A DNA stretch of 64,000 nt from NCBI GenBank assembly GCA_004431415.1, contig QPMI01000610.1, positions 306,074-370,073 of the forward strand, in the 5' to 3' direction. Made by a program: the position numbers and the translations under genes. Origin of the DNA: Cyanophora paradoxa CCMP329 (Eukaryota; Plantae; Glaucophyta). The notes below the pieces were generated by a model. The model saw nothing but the letters and a program-made list of their open reading frames with translations. It did not search any database and was not told where the DNA came from. This document shows, piece by piece, positions 1 through 13,366 of the stretch; within the stretch, counting starts at the first letter, position 1, and the number at the start of each line of letters is the position of its first letter.

Positions 1-2141
1 CAGCTGCCCGTCGTTCCGCTTGCAGTACGCGTCCAGCAGCGCCGCCGTCGTCAGCGAGCGCTCCGAGGCGCCCCCGAAGCCGGCCTTGCGCATCTCCTCC
101 CGCAGCTGCGCCGCCGTCGCGAAGTCCCCCGCCTTCGCGTACGCGTCCACGAAGGCCCTGCGCGGTCCCGCCGGCTCGCCCGGAGGGGAGGGGGCGGGCG
201 CGCCGCTGCGGGACGGGCGGCGCACGAGTAGGTAATGAGGTTGTCCCGGATGCCGTGCAGCCGCATCTCTGCCTTGAGCTGGAGGGCCGTGCCGAGGTCC
301 CCCACGCCCGTGTACGCCCCGATGAGGATGTTGTACTGCGCAGGGCGGGCGGGCGGGAGCCGGCGTGGGTGGCGGGCGGGGTGGAACGGAGCAGAGCAAG
401 TCGAAGCGGGGCGCCGCGCACGGTAGTAATGTTCTTGCGGACGCTGGCGCGCTTCATCTCGCGCCGCAGCGACAGCATCATGTCGAAACGCTGCTGCGAG
501 ACCGCCGCCGCTGCCTGCGCGTCAGCAAGGGAGAGTGGCCCGGGCCGAGGGGGCGGGGGCGGCCGCACTCAGGAGGCTGTTGTACGTGACAACGTCCTCG
601 CGGATCTGGGCGGCGCGCCGGCGTGAGCGCGATGGGGTCGGGAGTCGAGGGCGGGGCACAGGATCGCACCCTCTTCTCCTTCATCTCCCTCCGGAGCTGC
701 CGCACGTCCTCCCAGAGGCCATTCGCGGTGAGCGCCCCCAGCAGCGCATTGCACGTCACCGTGTTCTCCTTGCTGCCGGCCGCCGATCGCTCCCGGGCGG
801 CCGCGGCGGGGCGGGGCGGGGGGCGGGGCGCACATGTCCTGGGCCTGCATGTCGGCGCGCAGCCTGAAGGCACGCTCGAGGTCCCCGCTCTTGATGCAGG
901 CGGTGATGAGCACGTTGAAGGTGGCCGTGTCGGGCGTTATCCCCGCCGCCCGCATCTCGTCCAGGATCTCCATGGCCCCGTCAACCCTGTTCCGGTCCAT
1001 CTTCGTCCGCGCGTCTGGGCCGCGGATGTTTAGGTCGTTGTTGGCCCAGGGGGGTGTGCGCAGCGGCGCCGCACAGAGGAGCGTGTTGAATGTCGTCGCG
1101 TCGGGCTCCACACCCTCCGCGCGCATCTGCTCGCGGAGCTCGATGGCGCTCTCCCACTTGCCCGCCTTGGTGCAGATGTCGATGAGCACGTTGTAGACAA
1201 CGCTGTCCGGCGCCACGCCCGCCGCCCGCATCTCGGCGAGCGCAGCCATCGCGCGCGTCAGGTCCCCACGCCGCGCGTGCGCCCGCATGAGCACGCTGCG
1301 GTCGCCGCGGGGTGAGCGGGCGGAGGCGGCGGGGGTGGACCGCGGCGCGCCTGTAGCTGACGACGTTCGGGGTGACGCGGGCCCGCTGCATGTCGCGGAA
1401 GGCGCGGATCGCGAGGCCCACGTTGCCGCGCTTCAGGTAGGACGCCATGACGGACGTGTAGTACGTCACGTCGGGCTCGATGCCCGCCGCAATCATACGG
1501 TCCCGTACGCGCCGCGCCTCCACGTCCTTCCGGTGGTCCAGCAGCCCTTTGATCAGCACACCGTACCTGGAAGCGCTCGTGAGGCGCAGCTGACAGGGAA
1601 GAAGCGATGCATAAGCCATCGAGCGCACGTTATCCGGTTGGGGGAGACCCCGCGAAGCTGCATCTCCTCGAACTGGCGCAGCGCTTCGGTAACACGGCCA
1701 TACCGAAGCGCCGAGCTGATCGATTTGGTCCACTGCACGACGGGCAATGATGACGAAGGCGATGGTGGCGAGAGCGGTGCCGAGATCGCCTTGACTACGC
1801 CGAAGTGCGTCGTTTCAAACGTTGTTCCCGAACGCGCCAGGCTCGGCTCGAAGACCAAGCGCCGCTCCCCGAAGAAGCGCGGTTTGATGATCTCCAGAGT
1901 CGAAGTTGCCGCTGGGTGACACCTGGGACGCTGGGCTGCATCTTGCCGCGAGCGAAATGACCTAGTGGGCGCCGCGCCACACCCGAGGGACGCAAGGCAG
2001 GGCGGGATCTACGCGAGAAGCGTTAGCTAGGACGAGCGTGCGGCGAGGGTGCGGCTGCAGCCGCCCAGCGCGCGGGGCGCCGAACGCTGCGCGCACCACG
2101 GTGAAGGCCGCCTGCAGGGGCGGGGCCTCCGAGGGCTGCAT
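1..2141 (-). CDS. Pentatricopeptide repeat (P-class PPR) protein, multi-exon; 3' end runs off the window
   Basis: Tandem 35-aa PPR motifs across exons (PDVTYYTSVMASYLKRG, PDSVVYNVLIDICTKAGKWESAIELREQMRAEGVEPD, PDTATFNVLITACIKSGDLERAF), separated by ~55-nt GT-AG introns. The start at 2141 (MQPSEAPPLQAAFTVVRAAF, transit-peptide-like) is uncertain. Confidence 0.9.
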
Positions 2142-2381
2142 GTGCTCGCTAGCTAACGCACGAAGCCGCTCTCTTGCTGTCACGCACGAACCGACCAGGC
2201 TCCGACCGGGGTACAGGTCTGCGGCGAGCAAAGTAAACGTTCCCCTATTTATTCCCCTGTTTCCTGAATCCATCCGGTACGCTGCGCGCCTGCATCCTAC
2301 TGTCCACGCCTAGCGCCCCGCCCTGTTGCGCAACTTGGCGCTGTTCGATGTTCGCTCGGCGTTCGCTGTTCGCAGTAAGCG

Positions 2382-3650
2382 ATGTCTCGCCAAGCGCTCG
2401 CGGCCGCTGCGCTGCTCCTCCTGGCGCACCAGGCTGCCGGAATCTACCTCCTCCTTGGGCCGCACGACCCGCCTCGGTGAGCGCGCTTTCCGCGCGCCCA
2501 CGCCAAGGCGCACACTCGCGCGGCTCAAAACAGCTCTGATCGGTGCGCGGCGTGCAGGTGCCTCGTTCTTGACGGTGCGTGATCCGCTTTAACTTTTGCT
2601 TGCGCTTCGCCGACCCTGCAACTGCCGCGCAGTTGTGCGTCGCCCTTTTCTCAGCGGCGCTGCCTGAGCGTTCGTCGTCCTTCGCTTATCGAATTCGCTG
2701 CAGCCATCTCAGACACCGTGCCTCATCGAGGCGTGCCTGCGCTGTTGAGCTCTTGCGCTTCCTGTTGGCGCCCTAGCCTTGAGCTTGTTTCGCAGTATCG
2801 GTCTCCCGATCAGACCGCATGCTTCGGAGAGGAGTGCGTGGGCATGCAGATTTCCATCAATCCCGTAGCAGTTCGAATGACTGGTGCGCTTTTTCAGAGC
2901 GCGTTCTGGTCCTCTCTAATGAGAAGGCCTTCAGTGCGAGGCCCCGACGCGAAAGGCACTGAAGTGATTGCTAGTACCCTGAGCGATAAGTCGGGCAAAG
3001 TCGCGTTCACTTCGCGAAAAGATGGGGAGCACTACATCTGCTTTCAGGTTGCAGTCCACAAACTTGATGACTGAGTTCCTGCTCACGTTCGAGCAGCTGA
3101 ACGACACTGCTGTAGCGAACGATGCCCCCCTCGTGCAAACGAACTTACGCCCCCAATGTTTTAGTGCCCTCTCAAATGTGCTCTGCAGCGATTCTATGTT
3201 GTGGCAAAGACCGCTGATGAGGCTGTCGACTACTCTGCTCTTGCAGATGCAGCCCACATGTCAGGTGCAGTTTTTCACCGCTTGGTCTTCCAACTTGGCT
3301 CGCCAATGCTTCTCTTTAGAAATGGAGGTGGAGGTTCGGCGTCTGAACGACAAACTTGCTTTCATCCGCTTCGAAATGACTTACCACAAGGCTCTTGATG
3401 ACGTGAGCCTTCTCTGAGCCTCATATCATTGCTATTATCTAACAGGCCGCAGGTCTTCACTCGCATGAGCGGTGCTGTCGGTCGCAAGATAACAATCTGG
3501 CAAGCTTGCTTGAGGCCCTGAATTCCCTTGCCTTATTGTGTGGCTCATTCTGTTCGCAGGATGCTCATCCAGGCGGCCATCTTCTGTGGGGCCACCTATG
3601 CCCAAATGTACTTCCTCAAGTCCATGTTCGTGAAGAAGAAGCTCGTGTAG
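2382..3650 (+). CDS. p24/emp24/gp25L (TMED) GOLD-domain cargo receptor
   Basis: Spliced product: signal peptide MSRQALAAAALLLLAHQAAG, RCLVLDVPSQT, GKVAFTSRKDGEHYICF, coiled coil EMEVEVRRLNDKL, TM segment and C-terminal KKKLV* dilysine motif. Includes a 2-nt exon at 2633-2634. Confidence 0.92.
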
Positions 3651-5403
3651 AGTCACGATCATCGCAACGCGAAGGTTGTTCTTCCTTAAAGAGAGCATCT
3701 TGCCAGTTGCCACATATAATGTGTGCAGGCTTCAAGTGTAGAGTTTCCACTCTGTGGCATTGTATCAACGCTAACAGCTGTACATATTAACAATTTGTAC
3801 ATTTCTACATATCTAGCAGTCGAAGTCGAGGAAATCAGAGTCGCAGCGGCTAGTAGAGGCAGGACGCGCGGGCCCGACGACGAGCGGCACGCGTCTGGCG
3901 CCACGTGCGCGTGTTCTACTCCATCTGCATGCGCGTGTCAATCGATAACAGCGATCGAGCTATGGAGCTGTGGACTCGTGAGCTGTAGAGAGCGCGCCTT
4001 CACCGTCGTCCCGCAGGCAGAGCAGCCGAGCCGCATCTGACCCGCTGTCGTCATGCCTGCACCGCAGCCAGGGCAGCGCACCCCACCGTGAACGCCTGCA
4101 GCCGGCGCCGCCCTGTGTACAAGCTTAAGCGTCGGCCTCCGAGGCTCCGCGCATCGAGTTGAAATTAACAGGACGCGCGAGGCGCGCGGCGCGCAAGAGA
4201 AAGGGCGCGCAGGGCTATTGCCGCAGTGCCGACGCGCACCGCGGGTTCGACTTCACTCGTGCAGCGCGGCGCCGGCGGATCGCGTCGCGCATGCGGCGAA
4301 AGTACGGAATGGGATTAATCAAGGGGATACATATGAAGATGAAGGTCATCCTCGCGCGCGGCGGCTGGCAAGCTCGAGCAGGTTGGTCCGGGAACTTGGC
4401 CGAGAAACGGGTACTGGCCCTTCAAATTTCCCTGGCCCCCGTCTAACGTGCATTTCAGACACGACCAACGACATCTGGACTAGCCCTAGTAGCTGTTTGG
4501 CTAGCAGTGGGCCGCCGGTCGAATCTATGGGCTCAGACAGATAGGCAAGCGACGTCGAAAATCGAAATCGAATACCGAAGCTCGAGATCGAAACCCTAGG
4601 TCTACTTACCCTACGGGCTTAAGATCAAAAGATCAAAGGTGCGGGCCGTGCCCGGAGGCTCGCCCGTTCCCGCCACGGACTGGCCCTAAGGGAGAGGAAT
4701 GCTGCCCGAGGGGGCCGAAACCCCCACGAGCCCCGGACCGGGAGATCTGCACCTGCAGCTGCGGCTCTCTGAGCTCAGCGCGTGGCGCGCGGCGTGGGGG
4801 CGCGGCGCCCCCGTCCCGTGCGACGAAGCCCGCTGCAAGCGCGCCAGAGCTGGGGCTTTGATACGCATAGATAGCTGCGCATGCGGTCTGATCCCACTGG
4901 GCGCAGCACAAGCACGATCATGAGGAGTCCCAAGGAGGATCGCGGTCAGGACTATCTATGATGCTGAGCCTGAAACGCACGCCCTCCCCCGAGCGGGCCG
5001 TCCCTCGCTCCCCGTCGCCCGTCCGCCGCCACGCACCGCCGCCCCCGGCCAGCCGAGATCGTGACCGCCCGCGGGAGCCGGCCGCCTCATCACGGTTCAT
5101 CTCCGGCTCATCTCGTTCACGAGGCGAGGGCGCTTGAAAAAAAATCTCATTCTCAGCATGCCCTTGCAAATTTGAAGGGGGAAAAACTACATGCTGACTG
5201 GGCAGGTGAGGATATGGTGTGTGTGAGTGTTGTTGGTGTTAGTTAAAGTCATAGTAGAGTTGAAAGTCAGTGGTCCCGCTAATCCCGTCATGTTGCAAGC
5301 TGTCTGAAGCACAAAGCAACCGGATGTCACGGGGTCCGAAAGTTGGTAGATTAATGTCACAGTACGTCGTGTCAAAAGTGAAAGTCGGTTGAAAGCAGGG
5401 GTA

Positions 5404-8400
5404 TTACCCGCCAAGCTGCTTGATCTGTGTTATTTGTTCTGGGTCAGCTGCACATCAACCAAGGAATCATTGATTGCATGGCTGACCTGATCCGCAGCCC
5501 ACTTCGCAGTCTCAACAGTCTGCGAGTCATCAGACTTCTTGGCATCCTTGATAATGCCCTTGATAAAGTCTGCAATGCCATTAGATGCGCCAGTTTTGCC
5601 AGAAAACGAAAGCATTGACCTTGCCGCATGTGGCCGGCGACAGCTGGGCCACAAGAGGAGGCAATGTCGCCAATGACACCAACAGCTGCCCGGATGACAG
5701 TCTCGGACTTGTTCTGGTCCTCATACACTCGCCGAAGCAAGTCCATCACGCCGTCAACGTAAGCAAGGAAGACCTCAGCTGTAGTTGGTGTCATGCAGAG
5801 AGGATAGAGGTGTCGAGCACAGAGGACAGGAGAGCGAAAACTGACTCACCCCGCTTGTCGGTCTTGAGGCCCTGCAGGATACCCGTATACGCCTCGAGGA
5901 TGCTCTCGCGCAGCTGATTCAGGTACTCAGCCAGCTCGTAGTCATCGGTGTTGATCTGGGTCGCAGCCGCCTGGCCCAGCATCGCCATGACCGTCGAGAA
6001 GTACTTCTCGAAGGCGCCAGAGATGGCCAGGGCGATGTCACCGAAGCACGAGATGATCGGGGGCTTCACGTTCCGGCTAAGGTGCGGGTTCTGCAGGTTC
6101 TGAAGGAGAACGGTGACAATCTCATCACAGAAGGGCGTGATCTTCCGCTCCAGGGCACGGCAAAGGTCGCCCACAACGCCAACCGCCACAGCGCAAACTT
6201 GGCTCTCCTCCCAGTTCCTCAGACCCAGGTTAAGGAACGGAGCAAAGTGCTGCAAGTACCGCTCGAACTCCCCTTCAATCGCTGCGAAAGGACAGACTAA
6301 GAAGAAGGATATGCCAGGAACGAGCGAGCAGGCAAACCGTTCGCGAGAGCGCCGACGGCCATGAGGGACTCCTCGTGCACAGTGGCATTCTTGGAGCTGA
6401 ACACTTGCAAGTAGAGGGTCATCTGCGAGAGAGTGTCATATGTGAACGTTATTGTGCAGATAGCTCCAAGACAGACCAGCTTGTCGGCGAGAGGGTAGAT
6501 GTTCTTGCCCATCTTCTGGGTGCTGATCTGGAGCACGCCGCAAAGGAGAGCCTGCAGCTCGTTCTGCTGCTCCTTGTCGTCGGCAGAGACGATCTGCATG
6601 TTGAAGGTCCGCTCCAGGCGTTCAACGATGACGGGAACGATCTGGGTGAGAATAGGGAAGACGTCTTGGGCGCAGTTCTGGATCAGGACGTTGATGGCCT
6701 CGTAAGCCGAGCTCCGCAGATTGCACTCCGTGGCGTCCTCACTGCGACCAATGTTTATTAAACTCGATACCGTCTTGGTGGCCGGTCTGCGAACCGCTCG
6801 GTGGTCTGCAGGAGCTGCTGCATGAGAGCCTGGAAGAAGGGAGAGAGATCGTTTGACGGCTGCTCGTCGGCATCCTCGTAGGCCTGGGCGAAGTTGTGCA
6901 CAGCCTGTGGTGGCAGAAGTAAGAAAACCACCAGTGGCAGAACGGGACGACGCGCACCCAGCAGATGTTGCCCGCGACGCGGGGCTCGTCCGCGAGGCCC
7001 TTGATGAAAACATGGACCATCGGGGCGAAGTTCTCCTTCGGGATGGAGGTGCAGTGGAAGTCGCAAATGCGGCCGAGGGTCCAGGCCGTGGTGTCACGGA
7101 CGAGGACGCTCTCGTCCGTCATGTGCGTGAGCATGATCGGGACAGCCTCGCGGACGAGCTGCATAAGGGACTGCTTCGAGGGGCCCTCCAGGATGGAGCC
7201 TGCGGGCGAAGTCGGAAGGCAACCCTGATGCGCTGCAGCCAAAAAGGAAAAGCAAACCGAAGGCCATGATGGACGCCTCGCGCGCGTGCCAGTCCTTGCT
7301 GTTGATGTTCTGCTGAACGAACGGCATGACGTACTGCACAACCTCGTCGCCGACGACGTTCGCTACGAGATTCAAGCAGGTGCCCGCAGCCATGGAGACG
7401 TTCCAAGTGTCCTCATCCTGGTCCTCCTCCTGCAGAAACACATCACGCTCCAACGCGCGGGCAGTGGCGACAGGGGCGGGGCGCTCACCTGGCGGCAGAG
7501 GGTCTCGAGGAGGAGCGGCACGAGATACTTGGTGGCACCCTGGATGAAGCGCTGGCAGACACGCTCCGGCTGCTCGTTGTTCTCTTGCGCCTGCGCGACT
7601 CGGGAGTCGGGCCAAGGGCGAGCCAGGACGGGGACGGGGACGCGCACCTCTTCGGCCTCCTGGTTGCGGTCAATCTCCTCGTCGCAAACGGTGGACCAGA
7701 ACTCGACGGCCTGCTGGCCCACAGCCTCATCGTCCGACTTAATCGCCTTGAACGTGAGCTGCAAGCCATCGCTGTCAGCCCAACAATCAATGCTGGGAAC
7801 TCAGCAAGACGCACGTTGAACAAGGTCTGCATGTAGGGGGCCAGCTTGTCGTAGTACAGGGCGGCGATCTTCACGAGGCACTCGTACGCAGAGACGCGGA
7901 CCGCCGGGTCAGTGGCCAAGGTAGCCTCGCAGCAGACTTGCATGATGTAGTTGCGCTCAACCTGCAGACGAGACCACAGAGCTTACGGAAAACGAGTCCA
8001 GTTCCAGAGAAGGGCGCGGCACCTCGTTCTCGAAGTTCTGCTCGACGAACTCGAGGGCGTTGAACAGCGCACGAGTCGCGGCGAGCTTCACGGCCTCATC
8101 CGTCTCCTCCTTGCGCATACCCTGAACGACCGCCGTGAGGATCTGGTTCGACTGCTGAGAAAGGACATTCGCTTCCTGCGAGCGCGTCGTGAGCGGGCGA
8201 CATCGGGACGGGACTGCCGGGTCGCGCACGATCTCCTCGCAAACGTAACCGAGCGCCTCCAGAGTCGACTGCTTCAGCGCCGAGGACGGCGTGCCGGTCA
8301 TGTTGCCGAGCAGAAGGTTGACGAGCTCCGGCCACTCATTGCGAGGGAGCTCGATCGCCCCAATCTTAGCAATGACTTGCGCGGTTGTGTGACGCGCCTC

Positions 8401-8940
8401 GCGCACGGCCGACCCAAGGGTGGTGAGCATCTGCGCTTAGTTGAGCCGAACGGAGCTTTGCATCAGCCAGACCGCGGACGCACGGCGCCCTTGATCTGGG
8501 CCTTGATGCCCGCATCAAGCGACACCCACGCCTGGAATAGCTGCATGCGCCGCTGCTCATCCTGTCGCGCACGAGTTTAGGGTGGGAACGTTCGATGTAT
8601 TGGCGGCAAAAGCGGCACCTTGGCGGAAAGCGCGTTCTTGATAATGAGACCGGCAAGGCGACGCGAGTCGGCGGGCTTCTCTTCGCTCGCAAGCTCAGCC
8701 GTGAGCGTGGTAAGAAAGCCGGGCTGCAGGAGAAGCCAGGAGCGTCAATCGCGCCGCCTGTGCACAGGCAGGGCGACGACGCACGAAGTTCGACTCCTCC
8801 GCAGCCTTCAGCTGCTTCTCGGCATTTTGACGGATCTGCGGCGAGCCAGGGGTGAGTGCCGGCGCGCGGCGGGAGCGGAACATTCACACCGTAGCATCCG
8901 GGCTCTGCGCTGCAAGCAGGATGGCTGTTATGTCCGACAT
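5404..8940 (-). CDS. KPNB1: Importin subunit beta-1 (karyopherin beta 1)
   Basis: MSDITAILLAAQSPDAT..., EWPELV, QQAVEFWSTVCDEE, DEDTWNVSMAAGTCL, VRDTTAWTLGRI, VKPPIISCFGDIALAI, LRESILEAYTGILQG. Around 16 short introns; last exon IKQLGG* ends at 5404. Confidence 0.97.
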
Positions 8941-9337
8941 TGGGACAGCTGCGCCACGCGTCGCCTGCGCGTCGCGAGGCGAGCTTAGCGCGCTCGCAAC
9001 CGGGCGCGCTCGCCCATCCCGAGCGGCACGACACGCGACCCACGCCAATAGACGGGCCACGAGCACGCGACGCTCACCTGGTCAGGCGCGGACGACTAAC
9101 GAACACCGAGCTTCCTGTACCCTGCGACCGTCGGACCTTTCGCCCATGCGGTTCGGTTCGTGTTTTTTTCATGAGACGAACGCTCTCAGCTTCTCGCTGC
9201 AACACTGGAGGGGCTGCAGCGCAGTAACAAGCACGTAATACGAGGAGCTAGAGACGACCCGAGCTGTCTGGGAGACAGGTCGCACTTGTCAGCGAGCGGC
9301 GCAAAGGCGGCCCGGGCCGGCGCCGGGCGTTAGAGCG

Positions 9338-11290
9338 ATGCCGTGGTGCGTGGAGGCGCCGGAAGGCGGCAGGCTGCACGTGCTACTTCCCGTGCGCGCC
9401 CGCCCAGGCGGCGTTAATCTCGCCCCCTGAGCGCCCCTGCAGAAGCGCACTTACGTCGTCGGGCGCAAAGGTGCGAATCAATGCGTAGCTAATTCCGAGA
9501 GCTGACTGTTCTCGTGGCTCGGCAGACTGCGACATCCCGCTGGGCGGCGATGCCTGCGACAAGTCCGTATCGAGACAGCACCTCAAAATCTCCATCGGGA
9601 ACGCTCCGCCCGAGACGCTTCAGGATCCCAACGCAAGACCTTCGATCTTCGCGGAGGACACTAGGTCCTGCGCCCAACAAACTTGAAAAGATAGTGCTCA
9701 CTCGAGCGAGCAGTAAGTTCGGGTCGTCCTTCGACGGCGTGGCGGTGCCAAAACACGCACAGTTGGAGATTAAAGATGGAACTTTGAACCTGGGCACGGG
9801 CAACACCCGGGCTCGGTGATCCAACTTTCTCTGTCGTGTTCTCGGAAATCATGACTTACTCATTGATCATCGCAGAGTGTTCTTCACACCGCTTTGCTTC
9901 TCAACATCGCTTCTGAACAAAGAGCAGCAAGCGTCACTGAAGGCTATGTGTGCCGAGATGGGCGCCGCGCTTCACGCAAACTGGAAGCCAGGGGCCTGTG
10001 TGCATCACTATTTGGTGATGAACGAGCTCCAGGTCACAACGTGAGCACGCATGCCCGAGAATTTTGCAGGTTAATGCTGATCCAAAGCAGTAAGGTGCTA
10101 TCGGCACTACTTGACGCAAAGCCGATCGTGAATGTCGGGTATCTAGAAGCTATTCTCCGGGGTTCAGAAAGCACTGCATTGTGGGATCCACAAAAGTGTG
10201 CCTTTTTTTCGTCATTGAAGACTATTTTATACTAAATATTTGCACAGCTTTCTTCCACCAATCAATTCAACTCTTTTAGGGGAGAACTTCGACTTCAGCC
10301 CAAGGCAAGACAGGCAGACCATGTTCTCTGGGCGGCGCTTCGTTTTCCTTGATTCAAATACAGTGTGCCTTCGGTCTTGCTTGTCTTGTTTACACGGCAC
10401 ACTCATTCAAATGCGACCAGGCCAAGAAGCTCGAGCAGGTTGCAAGAGCCGCTGGAGCACAGACCGTCCACTGTTTCAATTCCAATCTACCTGACGATAT
10501 GGTGCGTTCTTGAGGCCCCATCACGCACTCTTCTAACGCCATCTCCGGCAGATCTATGATCCAAATACCGCCTTCTTCGAAAGTGGCGATCAAGCAGTGC
10601 AAACACTATGTGAACAGCTGGGAAGTCGAGGAGGCCTGATTGTATCAGAAGCCACATTTTCATCAAGGTATTGGGGCTTTATTTTTAATCCGCTTCCCTC
10701 TTCTGCTTGAATCTCATGGTACTTCTTGCTGCTTCAAGCGTTCTTCAAGTGGATGACTCTATGGTCTTTCCAACACATCGGCCAAAGATCAGGCACACAA
10801 TGCCCTCCAGCATATCTGCCAGCCAGCATCTTGTTTCTGCATCTAGCCAAGCAGAGCGAGTGCCTTCTCGTACCTTGAAGCCAGTGGGAGCTGCCGCGGC
10901 TGCTTCGAACACTTCCCAGTCTCAGAGTGCAGCTGCAGCAAGTAGCAGTCGGGTGCAGGAGAGCACCAGGAGCTTCGTCGCCTCGCATTTCGCACGTTCA
11001 AGTAGCTCCACTGCAAAGAGTAAAGCCAAGCGGTGCCTTGTGCAGATGCCAAAGCAATTGATTGCGAAGCTGGTCAATTCACTGTGTCGTGTGCAGTACT
11101 GCAATTAACGTGGACGAGCTGGAATCCAAGGATGGCGTTGTGGAAGCAGAGCTCGTAGTTGTTCCACCAGATCCAAGAACAAGGAACTTCAAGCGCTTCA
11201 AGAAGCATGCGGCTGCCGGCCAGCAGCCCGAGTTCCCAAGGCCTGTTGTCAGGCTGACTTTCTTTGAGGAGCAGAAAGAGGAGAAATGAA
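9338..11290 (+). CDS. NBS1: Nibrin/NBS1 (FHA + tandem BRCT + Mre11-binding motif)
   Basis: Spliced FHA motifs YVVGRK, DKSVSRQH, DTSKFGS; BRCT motifs HYLVMNELQVTTKVLSALLDAKPIV, FLPPI, RQTMFSGRRFVF; C-terminal NFKRFKK Mre11-interaction motif. Confidence 0.88.
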
Positions 11291-11396
11291 GAGAGAGGAG
11301 AACTATTCCGCTCTCGATTATTGTTTGCTCGAGACTTACAACAGCCTGTTGAATTCATAATCAGGGGCCCTAGAACACAAGCCCAAGCGCCGCTGT

Positions 11397-13366
11397 CTAC
11401 TTCTTGCCGCCACCAGCCACGTTGAACTTGAAGAAGATGATGTCACCGTCCTCCACAACGTACTCCTTGCCCTGCTGCCGGTACTTGCCTGCTGCCTTGA
11501 CTGCTGCTTCGTTGCCTGCCTCCTTGAACTCGTCGTACTTCATAACTGCACAACTGGCGTTAGGCATCTGAAGCAAACGGACATTATCAATAGCAAAGAT
11601 GCTTACCCTCTGCACAAATGAAGCCCTTCTCGAAGTCTGTGTGAATGACACCAGCAGCCTGTGGTGCCTTCGTGCCTTTCTGCAACGCGATCTTCTAAGC
11701 TTGGAAGAAATGCCAAGTTTGAAACAGCAAACGAACCCGGATAGTCCAGCACTTCACCTCGTCTGTGCCACAGGTGAAGAAGTGGATGAGCTGGATGGCA
11801 GAGTATCTGTGCCAAACAGTGAGTCCGTGTGCAAGGAAGTTCGAAAACAAGAGACGGACCCCTGCTTGGCGATCTTGCCAAGAGAAGACTGGGCCTTCTT
11901 CTCTTCGAGGTACTTCTTCGCGTCCTCCTCTTCCATATCCTGCAGCTTGCCCTCCAGAGCACCCGAGAAGGGGATCATGAGGCCACCGCCGTGAGAGTCC
12001 ACGTACTCCTTGATCTTGACGAGCCTGCCGCGTATTGCGTTTGTCAAGCTAGCTGTGTGGAAGATTGATTTGGAAAGCTTACCACTTGTTCTTCTTCTGA
12101 ATGTAGTTGTCCTCGCTGACGTTGATCAGGTAGACGACCGGCTTGGCCGTCAAGCAGAACTGTGCGTTGACAGTGTCCAGCTGCGCAAGCGCTTGTAAGC
12201 ACACACGACATGCAAATACAGTGCAGCACCGCAGCAGACCTCAGCCATCTTCCAATCGCAGGCGCTGATCCACTTTCCTGCGTTCAGTTGCTCGAGCATC
12301 TTGCTCACGATGTCAAGCTCCGCCTTCTGAGCCTTGTTGTTGGGCTGCTTCTTGAGGGCAGACTCGAGACCCTCCTTCGTCTTCGTGAGCTGCAGAGCGA
12401 CGCAATCAGTTACTGATAGCTTAAATCTTGTGTGTGTCAGCAGACCATTTCAACATCCTTGGCTATCAACTCGCCCGAGATCTGCCACAGAGATCACTTT
12501 TGGACGCGTTCAATGGGATCCGCACAGAACAAAGGCGCACAATCTCGCAGTCGCGGATGGGATCGATGCCACCCTCGACGTGAGTAACCTCGGTGTCCTC
12601 GAAAGCGCCTGGGAGCGAGTTTAAAAACGGCCTGGCAAGGCAGCAGTCACTTACGAAGCACGTGGAAGATGCCATCGACACCGCGGATGTGCGAGAGGAA
12701 AGCGTTGCCAAGGCCCTGGCCCTGGGCAGCTCCCTTGACGAGCCCGGCGATGTCGACGACCTCGAGGAACGCCGGCACTTCCGACTTCGGCTTCCAGTGC
12801 TCGCAGAGCCAAGTGAAGCGCTCATCCGGCACGTTGATGCTGCGCGGCTCCGTGAGTACGCGGCGAGCGCGGCTGGCTAGAACTGTGTGCACCGCGCCGC
12901 GTTGGGGTCGATTGTGCAGAACGGGAAGCTGCGAGCGAGCGTGCATCGCGAACGTTAGCTACGCTCGTTAAAAGCGCTCTGTGGGCTCGGCGCACTCTGC
13001 GGACGCGGTCAGCTACGCATCGATCGCGCTCGCGCATGCCGCAGGGACGCACTCTCGGCGGGAATGCGCAGCTTAGTCATTGCATTGAAAAGCGTCGACT
13101 TGCCGACGTTGGGAAGGCCTTCGGCGGGCGCGCGCAGTCAGCGATGGTGAAATCTCTCCGGTGGGCGGCGCGCAGGTCTCACCAACGATACCGATCTGTC
13201 AAGCGGTGCGTTGCGGAGGCGACTGCAGTCAGCAGGGCCGCGGCGGCTCGCGGACGGCGGTTCGAGCCACGAGGAGTGCGGCTCGCCCGGCGGGCACCTT
13301 CAGGTTGCTGGAGAAGCGGCCCAGGATCGGGCGCTGCTCCGGCGCTTCGGCCTTCTTGGGAGGCAT
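11397..13366 (-). CDS. OLA1: Obg-like ATPase 1 (YchF family)
   Basis: MPPKK...[89 protein letters not shown]. Includes 13-nt and 1-nt microexons. Confidence 0.98.

Noticed and set aside
4595-4625. tacttacc resembling the U1 snRNA 5' end
   Set aside because: No U1 stem-loops or Sm site follow.
5430-5480. Importin C-terminus ...QLTQNK* suggested by the ORF track
   Set aside because: This is an intron (gtcagc...ctgac...acag); the true last exon IKQLGG* ends at 5404.
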